From IMG/VR virus record IMGVR_UViG_3300012346_000380, positions 1 through 64,000 of that record: a stretch of 64,000 nucleotides of DNA. One strand, written 5' to 3'. The stretch comes from a virus. Lineage: Duplodnaviria > Heunggongvirae > Uroviricota > Caudoviricetes. Below, piece after piece: positions 34,208 through 45,182 of the stretch. Position 1 is the first letter of the stretch, and each line of letters starts with the position of its first letter. A program made the translations under genes and the position numbers. The notes below the pieces were generated by a model. That model did not search any database. It was given only the letters and a program-made list of their open reading frames with translations, and had not been told where the DNA came from.

Positions 34208-35176
34208 TTAAAGAAGTTCTCCAGCGAAATCTTGAACAATGAAAAGAGATTTGATTCCGTCACGAAAGCTGATTGGGACCACCTCCTCGTCGTCCCCGAT
34301 CTCCACTAACATGTTTGGCTGAATTCCAGTCTTCATTTGTTCTGCTAATTTATAAATCAAACTATATTTTTTGTTTGACCATCCATTCATGTCAACTTCA
34401 AATCTGAAGATGTCATTATCTGTAAATCCTCTCCATTCTCCAACTAAATAAGGCATTATTTGTAGAACTGATTGATCGATTTTACCACCTGTTTTTTGTC
34501 TCTCTCTGATATATGCTGTCATTTTTTGCATAACACCGATAGTTGGTGGTTTCATCTCAATTGTACCAAATGATTTAGTTTCAATTAAAAATGATTTAGA
34601 TTCCATATCATAGTACTTGTCTAATGTTTCTGGAATTTTAAAGTATTGAAAGTATTCCTTTTTAATTTCAATAACATGCTTTTCTCCGTGTTTATCTAAA
34701 TGATCCACTGTTAATTTAGATTCAGGTTCTGGAAATGTTAAATCTCTAATAGAAAGAATTACATAAAATCTGTCTTCTTCGCAAAGATCTTTGTATGACA
34801 TTTTTTTAGTTCCTGATAAAACTCTTGTACAAGACTCTACGATATTATTTAATTTATCGTCAACGTCTAAAACGTTAGTTTCGTCAATAGTTGAAAAGTG
34901 TCTAATTTCTGCAACCTTTGCAGAACGAATTGAAATTTCTGTTCCTTCTGGGTAAAACATACCACCTGAAGGTAAATTAATAACTGGAATCGGGTGATAA
35001 CCTAAGTGGAAATCAGCGTCTTCTGCTTTTTGTGTAGCGAATCTGTCCATTTGAACTTTACCTAGATTTACAGGCTCTTCAATAACAGTTTCACTAAGTG
35101 GTAACTCTTCTCTTTGTTTAACAACATTTTCATATTGTTTATCTAGATCTAAGTTTTCATTCTCGTTGTTTTGCAT
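34208..35176 (-). CDS. hypothetical protein (position suggests a tail assembly chaperone or tail component)
   Basis: ORF track. It lies between the tube and tape-measure genes. Confidence 0.4.
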   Translation of the reverse strand: MQNNENENLDLDKQYENVVKQREELPLSETVIEEPVNLGKVQMDRFATQKAEDADFHLGYHPIPVINLPSGGMFYPEGTEISIRSAKVAEIRHFSTIDETNVLDVDDKLNNIVESCTRVLSGTKKMSYKDLCEEDRFYVILSIRDLTFPEPESKLTVDHLDKHGEKHVIEIKKEYFQYFKIPETLDKYYDMESKSFLIETKSFGTIEMKPPTIGVMQKMTAYIRERQKTGGKIDQSVLQIMPYLVGEWRGFTDNDIFRFEVDMNGWSNKKYSLIYKLAEQMKTGIQPNMLVEIGDDEEVVPISFRDGIKSLFIVQDFAGELL

Positions 35177-35400
35177 TACTTTTTAGATTTAAGTTTATTA
35201 ATTTTATTTTTGTCCCATATTTTGCTTTCATCTGAGCGACTATCTATTTCAAGGCGAATTAGCTCTCTAATAAAAGCTGAAATAGAAATGGGTCTTTCTT
35301 CTCGTTCAATTGCATCATTTAAGATAATACGATTAAGTATGAAAACTTCGTCCTCGCTTAAAAGTACTTGCAATTTTTTAGTTAGTTTATCTTTAGACAT
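35176..35400 (-). CDS. hypothetical small charged protein
   Basis: ORF track. Confidence 0.4.
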   Translation of the reverse strand: MSKDKLTKKLQVLLSEDEVFILNRIILNDAIEREERPISISAFIRELIRLEIDSRSDESKIWDKNKINKLKSKK

Positions 35401-35435
35401 GTAGATTATGTTGATATTATATTATATATTTAAAT

Positions 35436-35470
35436 CAAAAAATAAGGATGGGATTTTAAGCGTCCCATCC
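35436..35470 (-). terminator. intrinsic terminator hairpin (GGATGGGA-loop-TCCCATCC) flanked by A/T runs
   Basis: An 8-bp stem at about 35446-35470 with CAAAAAATAA upstream on the plus strand (T-run in minus sense). It lies downstream of the tail tube gene. Confidence 0.5.
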
Positions 35471-35482
35471 TTTTTAATGTTG

Positions 35483-36037
35483 TTATGCTAATACTTCTTT
35501 CCAAGTATCACATCTCCAAGCAACTTCTAAAGATTCTGGTTCTGCTTCAGCGTATGACAATTCAGCAGTAAATCCTAAAGCACTTGTGATAAAACAATCT
35601 TCTAAAGTTACTGTTCTATAAATATCTCCAGCTCTATTGAACTGAACGATAACAATAGTACCTACGTAATCTTTTTTAAGACCCATAACACCAGTTTGAG
35701 GATCAAACTGTTTGTTATACCATTGTCTCATTGTTTTATACAAATATGCTTGATTAGCATTGTTTAAGTTTAATGAAAAATTAATAGTTACATCTACAGA
35801 AGTTTCACTAGGCATACCAGCGAAAGATCTTGTAGAGAACTTAAATTTTTGTGCAACCGCTTCAATTCCTTTGTATAATTCCAATCCTGAGATTGTGTTT
35901 ACGTGTTGAATTAATAAAGGAGCATCTGCTACTCCAGTCGGAGGCAATACAGTAACTTCGAATAAATTCTTTTGTACTGGTTCATATTGTTGACCTTTCT
36001 TTGCAGTCTGGTCTTGCGAATAGTGTGGTAAAGCCAT
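35483..36037 (-). CDS. tail tube protein (putative)
   Basis: 184 aa, immediately downstream of the sheath gene. Assignment is by position and size only. Confidence 0.45.
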   Translation of the reverse strand: MALPHYSQDQTAKKGQQYEPVQKNLFEVTVLPPTGVADAPLLIQHVNTISGLELYKGIEAVAQKFKFSTRSFAGMPSETSVDVTINFSLNLNNANQAYLYKTMRQWYNKQFDPQTGVMGLKKDYVGTIVIVQFNRAGDIYRTVTLEDCFITSALGFTAELSYAEAEPESLEVAWRCDTWKEVLA

Positions 36038-36077
36038 TTTACTTTATATTATTTTTATCTTATGTTTTATATATCAA

Positions 36078-38621
36078 TTAAGAAAAGTTTCCAGTTTTGA
36101 TTTCTCCTGTGTTTAAAATAGTAGTTCTGTGAACAACAACTTCTAAACCTTTAACTGGTTCAACAAAAGTATCAATAATACCCATATTGTGGTCGATAAC
36201 ATCATCAGTGTTATTTGTTTGATCCATAATATTTTGGAAATCGTAAATACCTGTGTCAGCTTTTACAGATTGCATAAATGCATCCGCTAAAGTTTTGATT
36301 TCTAATCTTGTTTGTGCTGTATTAAATTCAAATACGTAGTTTTTAAGAATGTTAGCCATACCGTCTTGGATATAGATTAATACCTCTCTTACGTGAGCTG
36401 AAGATAATGCAGATTTAACCGATTGTTGAGCTGTTTTATTACCTAAGATAGTTAATCCTGCGCCTCTTTGGAAGACGATTGGGTTAATACCGAATGGTTC
36501 TAAAATATCTCTATCAGCTTTGTCAAACGCGTATTCTACACCTACTACATTAGCTCCTGATACAACACCTCTTCTAGGTCCTGCAACGATTGACCAAGGT
36601 AAAGCATTGAAATATTTGTCAATAAAGTTATTAGATACGTAAGCTGCTGGTGGAACAATAGTGTCTTTACCATTTTCTCTTACTAATAAACCTGGTCCAT
36701 AATAGAATGCGTAATTAGCTCCATCATTGATAGAAGGTAAAGCATATAATGAACTTGGGTTTTTATCTAAGTTACCACCGTCTTTGATGTAAGCAACGTT
36801 AAATTCGTTGTTATCATTTTTGAATGATGGATCAGTTGATTTTTTGAAATCTGAAACTGTAGGCGCATTTAAGATAGCTGCTACGTTTTGTCTTTCGTGT
36901 GCTAAGAATGCTAATTCTTTCTTGTTTAAGATAGAACCATCTTCGTAAGATGCGAAAGTATCTACAATATATCTAAAATCGATAACGTCTTTGTCAACTA
37001 AAGCTGCGAATAAACCAGTTCCTGTTAATTGAGATAAAACTCCAGAAATTGTTTTATTAGAAACTGTTGCTTTTTCTAAAACCAATGGTTTGTAAGAAAC
37101 GGTAGCTTCTTCAAATGAAATGTTATAGAATCCTGACCATGTAGTTGCAACTGGTTGGCTACAAGTTACTGTCCATACATTTCCTGATCTTTGTACTCTT
37201 TGTACTTTAGCTAATCTGTTAGCTGCTAATGCATCAACATAATGTCCTTTTTTGATAGGGAATGCATCTGCTGCACCTGAAGTTGAATATGTCATAGTGA
37301 ATGTAGATGCGTTATTTGCATAAGTTCCACCTGCTAATTCTTTAACTTTATCGTGTGCGTATTCTGCTGTAACAATTTGATCATATACATTAACACTTCC
37401 AAGACCTACTAAAGTATATGCTGAATTTAAAGTAGCTGAATCAAATGTGATTTCAGTATCTAAACCATTCATAGCAACGTTAGTAATTTCAGTGTAAGTA
37501 TTAGCTGTAGAAGTTAATAAATATTGACCGATTTGGAAATCAGCTGTTAAATCTTCACCATCAATTGTTAAAACTGTAGATGTTGCTGAAGCTCCATTAG
37601 CTACTTCAACGATGTTTGCTTCATAAGTAGTTACGTTAGTTTGTACATATTCTGCAATATATGAAAGTAATTCATAATTTTCAGCTTCGTCATAGATATG
37701 ACCAACTAAATCAACTTTAGTTCCATTCTCATCAGTTACTAAATCTTCGTTAACTGCACAGAATAAACCTGTTCTTCTAGCTTCTTGGTTAATACCAGCT
37801 TCAATGTATAAGTTTCTTCCTTCTAAATCTTTAAAGTTTGGAATTAATGAACCAGTGTATTGTGCTAATAATGTAACTTGTCTTAAAGCAGAAAATTCAT
37901 TTAATTTTCCTTTGATTAAACCGTTTGCATCAAAAAATGCACCGTAGATTGGATCTGTGTCCATATCTGCTGGGTTAAATTTACCTTTGAAAACGAATAC
38001 ATCTACCATGAAATCTGAAACTAAATCAAAATCATTTAAGAATGATGGAACATTACCTTCACCATACCATTCTCTTGCAGAAATTTCAAAAGATGCAACA
38101 TCTTGTGCTTTTCTTACAATAACCGTGATAGGTTCTTGTTTAATGTTAATAAAGTTTAAAACTCTATCTTCGTCTAAGTTTCCAATAGTATCTAAAACTG
38201 CTTTATCTTCTGGGAACCAGAATTTATCAATGTTAAAATAACTAGCTAATTCGTTAGCTCCGTCTAATGCTGAAATAGAATCAACAGAACCATTAGTTAC
38301 TGGAGATTGGAAAGCAATAGTATCGTTTTCATCAATGTTTGCGATATTTAAAGCCAAAATTGGACCTCTACCTAAAGCAGCTAATGCTGATCTGTGGAAG
38401 AACATACCTAATTTTTCTAAATTCGTGTCAATTGAACCGAAAATAGCATTAAATTCTTCAGCTGTTTGTACAAAAACTGGAGTGTTGTAAGGACCTTTTT
38501 TAGAATGTCCAACTACTAATCTGATTGTTTGAACGTTGTTAGTTGTTGTTTGAGACTTGTCAAATTCAAGTCTGTAAACACCAGAACTTTTAAAGTTCAA
38601 TAATTGAGGACTAAGTGCCAT
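36078..38621 (-). CDS. contractile tail sheath protein
   Basis: N-terminal SSGVYRLEFDKSQ matches the sheath pGVY..E.D.S motif. Large (847 aa). Followed by the tube gene. Confidence 0.6.
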   Translation of the reverse strand: MALSPQLLNFKSSGVYRLEFDKSQTTTNNVQTIRLVVGHSKKGPYNTPVFVQTAEEFNAIFGSIDTNLEKLGMFFHRSALAALGRGPILALNIANIDENDTIAFQSPVTNGSVDSISALDGANELASYFNIDKFWFPEDKAVLDTIGNLDEDRVLNFINIKQEPITVIVRKAQDVASFEISAREWYGEGNVPSFLNDFDLVSDFMVDVFVFKGKFNPADMDTDPIYGAFFDANGLIKGKLNEFSALRQVTLLAQYTGSLIPNFKDLEGRNLYIEAGINQEARRTGLFCAVNEDLVTDENGTKVDLVGHIYDEAENYELLSYIAEYVQTNVTTYEANIVEVANGASATSTVLTIDGEDLTADFQIGQYLLTSTANTYTEITNVAMNGLDTEITFDSATLNSAYTLVGLGSVNVYDQIVTAEYAHDKVKELAGGTYANNASTFTMTYSTSGAADAFPIKKGHYVDALAANRLAKVQRVQRSGNVWTVTCSQPVATTWSGFYNISFEEATVSYKPLVLEKATVSNKTISGVLSQLTGTGLFAALVDKDVIDFRYIVDTFASYEDGSILNKKELAFLAHERQNVAAILNAPTVSDFKKSTDPSFKNDNNEFNVAYIKDGGNLDKNPSSLYALPSINDGANYAFYYGPGLLVRENGKDTIVPPAAYVSNNFIDKYFNALPWSIVAGPRRGVVSGANVVGVEYAFDKADRDILEPFGINPIVFQRGAGLTILGNKTAQQSVKSALSSAHVREVLIYIQDGMANILKNYVFEFNTAQTRLEIKTLADAFMQSVKADTGIYDFQNIMDQTNNTDDVIDHNMGIIDTFVEPVKGLEVVVHRTTILNTGEIKTGNFS

Positions 38622-38679
38622 AATTTTATAAGTATTTTTTTATCTTTAGACTATATATCAATGTAATATTTGCAATTTA

Positions 38680-40509
38680 TTATTTTAATAAGTCGTAAAT
38701 ATCATATTGTAAATCACCCTGTGAATCTGTATCTTTAAACAGCGTTTGTTCCATGTAATCGTGTAAATTTTCGTCAATTGTGTCTAATAATTCTTCGACA
38801 AAATCTGCATAATCTGTAGTTCCATAGAATTCTGTGGCATTAATAGCTGTCATAATAGCATCATCGTGACCCATTTGAGCTCCATAACTACCATTTTTTA
38901 AAGTTCCAAAAAGAGAAGCTTCATTAACAGTATCTATATCATTAATAAAAATTCTATTAGCTTCTATTAATTTTTTAAAGTTTTGACAAAAAACAGCTTT
39001 ATTATCTGCTTTTAATCTTAAACCTGCCTTTAATGTTTTAGAATCGTGACGGTGTTTAAATCTTAAAACCATCTCATCTTCAAATTCATTTCTTTGAGGA
39101 AACACTGTTTGTAAATATTGTAACAAGATACTTCCGTATGTGTTAAATTCAATAACCATCTTCACGTTTTCTGGATTAAAGACTTCACATGCTAATGTAT
39201 ATAAAATCTTAGCAAAATCTTCAATAACGTGTTCATTTGATTTAAATATTGCAACTTGATTGATTCTAAAGAAGTCATACATTGCTCCAGGGTTTGCAAT
39301 TTTATCTATGTGCTTTTTGCTCATAGGTTCTACTTCAAAAACATTAATAATAGAATAGTCACCTCCATTACCTTCTGCAATATCTACAGAAAACAACCAA
39401 CGTTTATCTTCTAAAACAGTCGTATCTAAATCAAAATCTGGATTCCACATCAAATAACCATTTGTATCGATGTGTATATTTTCAAAGTCTTCTAATTCGT
39501 GATGAATAAATTTCTTTGCCTTTTTTCTCATAGTTGCCATTGAACCTGGAGATAATAACAGCGTGGATGATGAAACGAATTCATTTCCGTACTGTCTATT
39601 AAATGCATGATCAGAACCTAAGTTTTTAAGTTCTCTCTGATACCACGCATCATCTCTATCAGGGTGTTGCCACCAGTCAATTCTTAATGGTGTATATGCA
39701 TTGTCGCCTTTTTCTGCAGCTGACCAAATTTCATAGAACTTATTAAATCCATTTGGTGTAGAAGTAATATTGATCCTTGAAATTTTAGAAGCTGATAAAG
39801 TAGGGTAAACGTTTTCATAGAATGAATCTACAATATTAGATTGAACGTGGGCAAACTCATCCAAATATAAGTTATGAATGGTAAAACCAATACCCGCTTT
39901 AGCTGTGGTAGCTTGACCAACTAAACGACAACCATTATCAGCTCTAACGTTCATTACGTCATATTTGATAATTCCAGGTTTCATATAAAATGGAACGTGT
40001 TCAATTACGACTTTAGCTTTATCGATAATCTCTTTAGTTGAGTCTGCCTTATTGGCTAAAAGTAATGTGTTTTTATCGTAGTTGAAAATAATATACCACG
40101 CATTGAAAATAGAAGCGGTAACTGTTTTACCCATTTGACGAGATGCCAATACGATATTAAATCTATTATCCTGTAAGTTACGTAACATAACCTTTTGATA
40201 TTCTCTAAGTTTTACTTTTTGAATACCATCATCGGTCATTACCACTGCGTATTTCTCAGCAAAATAAACAATGTCTTTGGCACACTTAGCTATTTCTTGG
40301 ATTTCAGCGTCTGTATACTCAAAAACAATATTACCTTTTTTAAGGTGTTGTTTACCTTCATAAAAAGGTGAACTAACATTTGGTTTATAACCTTTATCTA
40401 ATGCTAAAATATAGTCATTAACATTTTTCGTGGACCATACTAGTTTTGCAGTTTGAACATCAGCTGATTCGCTAGGGATCCATTTATTATCGCTTACATT
40501 TTCTGCCAT
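38680..40509 (-). CDS. terminase large subunit (T4 gp17-like)
   Basis: Walker A ASRQMGKTV (T4 gp17 has SRQLGKT). 609 aa. The C-terminal nuclease region has conserved acidic residues. Confidence 0.75.
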   Translation of the reverse strand: MAENVSDNKWIPSESADVQTAKLVWSTKNVNDYILALDKGYKPNVSSPFYEGKQHLKKGNIVFEYTDAEIQEIAKCAKDIVYFAEKYAVVMTDDGIQKVKLREYQKVMLRNLQDNRFNIVLASRQMGKTVTASIFNAWYIIFNYDKNTLLLANKADSTKEIIDKAKVVIEHVPFYMKPGIIKYDVMNVRADNGCRLVGQATTAKAGIGFTIHNLYLDEFAHVQSNIVDSFYENVYPTLSASKISRINITSTPNGFNKFYEIWSAAEKGDNAYTPLRIDWWQHPDRDDAWYQRELKNLGSDHAFNRQYGNEFVSSSTLLLSPGSMATMRKKAKKFIHHELEDFENIHIDTNGYLMWNPDFDLDTTVLEDKRWLFSVDIAEGNGGDYSIINVFEVEPMSKKHIDKIANPGAMYDFFRINQVAIFKSNEHVIEDFAKILYTLACEVFNPENVKMVIEFNTYGSILLQYLQTVFPQRNEFEDEMVLRFKHRHDSKTLKAGLRLKADNKAVFCQNFKKLIEANRIFINDIDTVNEASLFGTLKNGSYGAQMGHDDAIMTAINATEFYGTTDYADFVEELLDTIDENLHDYMEQTLFKDTDSQGDLQYDIYDLLK

Positions 40510-40510
40510 A

Positions 40511-40978
40511 TTAATCTTGTGTTATTATACCGAAAACCGTACCGCCTTGTTGTATAAATTTGATTGATTTTCCAAGTCTTTTAACAGATTTTTCTAGAAA
40601 AATTCTATATAATCTATCTCGTCCTGTACCTTTATCTACTCCATTTTCTTTGGGTTCGTATCTTATACCGCGAATGCTTTCGTTATTATTTAAAATATTT
40701 TCTACAACGTCAATGATAGTCGCCATTACACTAAACATTTCTCCTCTATTGGTTTCGTCATATTCTCCGTTTGCTGTAAAATCAACATCTAAGAATGAAT
40801 TTATATTTATAACAGTTAGCGTATATTCTAATTTTGACTCTGTTTTAAATTTAGCATAAAGTCTTTTATTAAACTCAGACATATCATTAAATTTACCAGT
40901 AATCTTATATTTATATTTTTTAGAAGATGAATCTCCTATTTCAAATAAAAATTGTTCGAATAATTTTACATGCTTCAT
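40511..40978 (-). CDS. hypothetical protein (candidate terminase small subunit, by position)
   Basis: It lies immediately upstream of TerL and is ATGA-coupled. Confidence 0.3.
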   Translation of the reverse strand: MKHVKLFEQFLFEIGDSSSKKYKYKITGKFNDMSEFNKRLYAKFKTESKLEYTLTVININSFLDVDFTANGEYDETNRGEMFSVMATIIDVVENILNNNESIRGIRYEPKENGVDKGTGRDRLYRIFLEKSVKRLGKSIKFIQQGGTVFGIITQD

Positions 40979-40979
40979 A

Positions 40980-41642
40980 TTAATCTTCTGTTATTTCAGT
41001 ATCTTCAATGTCTATTGTCTCTGCGTCTTCCGTCATACCTTCACTTTGTCTAATAAGACGCATAAGATCTTTTGTACCTCTTTGTACGTTTCCGTTTTCT
41101 ATAGAACCACCTGAAGCTTGAATTTCTGTTTTATCTACATTTTTTCTATACATTTCGATATCTCTAGCAATACGCTTAGTAGATTCTTCGGTTGCCATCA
41201 AATACATTGTCTGTGATTTAATAACGTCTAACATAGATTTTTGTAATGTTGCTAAAACTTCAAACATTCTAGGTGCCATTTCACCGTCTTCTATAGTTTC
41301 TAATAAAATAGTAAGTGCTCTTTCACCTGCTTGTAGTTGATAAACTAATGAGCTCATTGTCATTTCGTCCATTTTCTTTTTAGCCATGACATATTCATCT
41401 TTGGTGATGATGTCTTCTTCTAAATAGAATTTCATTAAAGCTGTTATAGTTTTTTCTGCTTGTTTATTAGCAGCACCTTTCATTTCAGTAAAACTAACAT
41501 TAGATCTAATTCTAGCAGGGGGTAAAATAGGGTCTTGATCTACAACATCTGTTATAGAATCATCGGTACCTATCAATTCGTCTAATTCTCTACGTATATC
41601 ATCAGCCTGTTCGCTGATGCTTCTTTTCTTTTCTTCTGACAT
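40980..41642 (-). CDS. hypothetical acidic protein
   Basis: ORF track. Confidence 0.45.
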   Translation of the reverse strand: MSEEKKRSISEQADDIRRELDELIGTDDSITDVVDQDPILPPARIRSNVSFTEMKGAANKQAEKTITALMKFYLEEDIITKDEYVMAKKKMDEMTMSSLVYQLQAGERALTILLETIEDGEMAPRMFEVLATLQKSMLDVIKSQTMYLMATEESTKRIARDIEMYRKNVDKTEIQASGGSIENGNVQRGTKDLMRLIRQSEGMTEDAETIDIEDTEITED

Positions 41643-41675
41643 AATATTATATTATTTACTAGATATGTATCTAAT

Positions 41676-43625
41676 TTATCTAGCGTTCTTGAATTTCTGG
41701 AAGCCAATTGAAGGAATAGCGTTATCAATAATAAGAGCCAATTGATTATCTCTAACGACATACTGATTTAATACATTATGATGTTGTTCTAATTCTATTG
41801 GTTTTTCGAACATTCTAATATTAGTTATGTGTAATTTTGCACCATTTAAATGATAATAGGTGTCAGAATTCCACATCATGGCATTATTTAATTCTTTAGT
41901 TTCATGGAAAGCTGGAATTAAATCATTATTTTGTAATTGTGGAAGTCCTTCATTATTATTTGCATCTAATGCATAAACATGAAGTGATAATTGTCTGTAA
42001 GTATTACTTGCATTTAAAATAAATGCATACCATTTATCTTTTGCAAAAATCATATTATGCGCATAAGTATACGCAATGCCATTGATGATAACAGTAAATG
42101 CAAACGGGCTTAGCATCAATCTAAAACCATTAGATAAAACATAATCACCAAAAACAAAATAGTCTTCGGTATTATTTGCAGTTTCAAACTGTGGTGAAAT
42201 CCATGCTGTTAAAGCAAAATCATCAGTTGCTTTTAAATTACTTTTCTTAACGTATTCTAAAGCAACGTTTGTTTTATCAACTTGAGTTAGATCATAATAG
42301 TTTTTAGAAACTACAGTCCATCTATTTTTTAGATCATAGTCAACAATCTTAATGTCTTTAGATTGGAATTGTCTAATACCATCTCTGTATGAAGTAGAAA
42401 CTGTTTGATATTGTTCTGGTTTTGTAACTTGTTCTTGTACATCTTTAATTTCTGCACCAAAAACTTCATCTATTCCGGTAACTATCATATCTGTTAATTC
42501 TGTAAATCCGTCTGTTTCAACAGCGCTAGAAGTACTGTATTTTGTTAATTTAAGTTTCCAATAAGATATAGCTGCATTAAAACGATCACCTAAAGAAACC
42601 GAGCTTACTGTGTACATCTTATTGATAATAGGAATAAACATATAGTCTTTATTTCTAGGCTGCTTACCGTATCCGAATGCTTCTTCAAACTCTTTCTTAA
42701 CTATATGAATTTCAAATTCTTCAAAATCCATTCCAAACATATCGTATGAAATTGAAGATTCTTGTGGAAATTCATTATCTGGTACTAAAATTTTAATAGT
42801 TTGCTCATCTGCAACATGGAATAAAGAATATTCCATCAAAATAACGTCTTTAGTTCTTTGATCTGGTTCAGTTCTAAAATATTTAACTTGATGGCCAAAT
42901 ATGTCTGACACCATATTAGATAATTGTAAATAAACTTGCTGAGATTTACCTAAATTATATGGTTGAAATTGATTAGTATCATCACAATTAACTCTAATAT
43001 TAGCGCATCCGTTATATAAATAAGGATCTAAACAGTCTGTACAAAATTGAGGGCATGATTCTATGATACCGTTATCTCTTTGTAAAGTATATGTAATTGA
43101 TAATATAGTTAATGAGTTTGCTGGCAAAAGTGCAGCAACTTCACATTTTACATCTAAATATAATGGCTTTCTTGGATCAAATTGCAAATGTAATAGATCT
43201 CCAAAGTTTAAATCTTTTGTTAGAGGTCTAAATTCTGAATAAACTCCACCGCCTTGATTTTGAGAAAATCTGTATTCGTAATCAAAATAAGAATATTGAT
43301 TAGGTTCTTTATAGAAAACAACATTGGCTGCTGTGACAGGTGAAGGATCAACTAAAATCATGTGATTAGCATCAACGACTGAATCTATAGTTAGAATATT
43401 ATTACCAACTATTATTTTGTCACCCGTTTGATAGCCTAAAAAATTAGTTTGTACGCCATATACATCGATAGAATCTATATCTAAAGATATTCTACCAACC
43501 GTATTTAAATCAGAAAGTCCTACTAGAATATTCCAATCTAATACTTTTTCTACGTCGGTATATGGATCTTTAATAGAAGCTATTAAAAAATCACCGTATT
43601 CATTTGCTGTATATCCTTTAACCAT
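41676..43625 (-). CDS. hypothetical large protein (possibly structural)
   Basis: ORF track, 649 aa. Confidence 0.5.
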   Translation of the reverse strand: MVKGYTANEYGDFLIASIKDPYTDVEKVLDWNILVGLSDLNTVGRISLDIDSIDVYGVQTNFLGYQTGDKIIVGNNILTIDSVVDANHMILVDPSPVTAANVVFYKEPNQYSYFDYEYRFSQNQGGGVYSEFRPLTKDLNFGDLLHLQFDPRKPLYLDVKCEVAALLPANSLTILSITYTLQRDNGIIESCPQFCTDCLDPYLYNGCANIRVNCDDTNQFQPYNLGKSQQVYLQLSNMVSDIFGHQVKYFRTEPDQRTKDVILMEYSLFHVADEQTIKILVPDNEFPQESSISYDMFGMDFEEFEIHIVKKEFEEAFGYGKQPRNKDYMFIPIINKMYTVSSVSLGDRFNAAISYWKLKLTKYSTSSAVETDGFTELTDMIVTGIDEVFGAEIKDVQEQVTKPEQYQTVSTSYRDGIRQFQSKDIKIVDYDLKNRWTVVSKNYYDLTQVDKTNVALEYVKKSNLKATDDFALTAWISPQFETANNTEDYFVFGDYVLSNGFRLMLSPFAFTVIINGIAYTYAHNMIFAKDKWYAFILNASNTYRQLSLHVYALDANNNEGLPQLQNNDLIPAFHETKELNNAMMWNSDTYYHLNGAKLHITNIRMFEKPIELEQHHNVLNQYVVRDNQLALIIDNAIPSIGFQKFKNAR

Positions 43626-44064
43626 TTGTATTATCTATTTTAATTTCATCTTGCGGCTTGTAAACTTCGCCCGCAATCCAAGAGGCAACAAATCCAGTTA
43701 ATGATATGAAATAAACTGATAAATCAGAAAGATTTACTCCATTTAAAATACCTAAAATACCTGCAATTGCCCATAAGACAACTACAAAATAAATCATGAT
43801 TTCTCTTCTAGAACTTGGGCCTGGTAGAACTAAACCGGTTTTTAAACTTGGTCTTTTAGTTTCTGCCCAAATATAAGTTGCAACATAAGCTGTTAGAGAA
43901 CCAAAATAAACTGCCATTTGTGCAAAATCAGCTTTTTTAAAGGCTCCTAAGATACCGAATGCTATCCAAAATATTATGACTGTGTACACTAAACCTTCTC
44001 TTTTACCAAAGTTTCGTAAAAAAGCAGGTCTATTAAATGCTGGTAATTTAAATTTTAAACTCAT
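43618..44064 (-). CDS. integral membrane protein with an internal duplication (2 x 2 TM)
   Basis: The two halves align: YTVIIFWIAFGILGAFKKADFAQMAVYFGSLTAYVATYIWAE versus MIYFVVVLWAIAGILGILNGVNLSDLSVYFISLTGFVASWIAGE. Confidence 0.5.
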   Translation of the reverse strand: MSLKFKLPAFNRPAFLRNFGKREGLVYTVIIFWIAFGILGAFKKADFAQMAVYFGSLTAYVATYIWAETKRPSLKTGLVLPGPSSRREIMIYFVVVLWAIAGILGILNGVNLSDLSVYFISLTGFVASWIAGEVYKPQDEIKIDNTNG

Positions 44065-44109
44065 TAAACAATAGACTTTTTTCCTGAACTATATATTCAA
44101 GAAATAAAT

Positions 44110-44760
44110 CTAATAGTCTGTAACTAACAAAACTTCTGGATTATCTCCTTCTAGCTTTTCTTCAACTGAATCTAAAAATATAATTACTGGTTCTACTTCA
44201 GCGGTGTGGTTAAGAGCTTGTTGTTCGATAAAGTTATCTAATTTTGTTAAAATGTAGTTTAACTTGTGTCTTTTGTATGGTTTATTAGGCTCTAATATTT
44301 GTAAATCTGTCAAAATGCTATTGAAAACTTTAAGTTCATCTTCATCAAACATTTCGAATAATTTGTAAGTAACGTGTAGAACTTTAAAAGAAAATGTAAT
44401 TCTTGGACCGTTTACTTTATCGTCGATCATTCTAGAATAATTTTTACTTTTATCTAGAGTCAATTTGATCCACTTTAAACGTGACATTTCTTTAAGCATC
44501 GTATTAAAGAAATAGATCGAGTTAGCATCCTTGTGTAAGAATTCTGATCCAATTGATTTAAATTTATTCAATTCATTTGGATATGTGCTTTCAATGTACT
44601 TCTTTAAATCTTTAGGCGAAACTAAAATAGATTGATCGTTTACTTCAATGTAATTCAATTTATTCTTAGCTCCTGTCCAGATTTTAAAATCATAGTAGTT
44701 ATATTTAAATAACATTACATCTATGATATCGGTTGCGTCTAAAACAGAGAAATTTGTCAT
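44110..44760 (-). CDS. hypothetical protein
   Basis: ORF track. Confidence 0.5.
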   Translation of the reverse strand: MTNFSVLDATDIIDVMLFKYNYYDFKIWTGAKNKLNYIEVNDQSILVSPKDLKKYIESTYPNELNKFKSIGSEFLHKDANSIYFFNTMLKEMSRLKWIKLTLDKSKNYSRMIDDKVNGPRITFSFKVLHVTYKLFEMFDEDELKVFNSILTDLQILEPNKPYKRHKLNYILTKLDNFIEQQALNHTAEVEPVIIFLDSVEEKLEGDNPEVLLVTDY

Positions 44761-45182
44761 TAATAAACTTTAATTGTTGTTTCTAATTTACGCAATTCTT
44801 TTTCTAATTCATCTGGCGAGAATCTCTTTAATTCATTGTATTCTCTCTTACCAATTTCATGAATCTTCATAAACAATTCTAAAGCGTCGTCGTTAGGTAT
44901 GTATTCATCCTTTTTAGGTGCTGCTTTTTTGGTTTTTGTGTAAATCCACATTGGCACAGAAGTAAATCTCTGAGCAACTAAGCTCCAACTATCAATTACA
45001 GAAGCTCCATTGATACCATTCTTATTGAACATTTGTGCATTTGCTGGAAACTTAATAGCAAAAAAACGATTAATCATAAAGTGATGTCTTCGTTTTGTTT
45101 GCTCTTTTATGTTTGCGTAATCAGCTTTCTTTGTAAACATAATTTTTACAAAGTCAAATAATTTAGTATCGTCTAATTGCAT
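44760..45182 (-). CDS. hypothetical basic protein
   Basis: ORF track. Confidence 0.45.
   Translation of the reverse strand: MQLDDTKLFDFVKIMFTKKADYANIKEQTKRRHHFMINRFFAIKFPANAQMFNKNGINGASVIDSWSLVAQRFTSVPMWIYTKTKKAAPKKDEYIPNDDALELFMKIHEIGKREYNELKRFSPDELEKELRKLETTIKVY

Noticed and set aside
33988-35176. Possible programmed +1 frameshift joining 34208..35176 to 33988..34263 (tail chaperone G/GT-like)
   Set aside because: The overlapping part of the downstream ORF is just the translated promoter-like box (34153-34207). No slippery heptamer was seen, and the frame relation is +1 rather than the usual -1.
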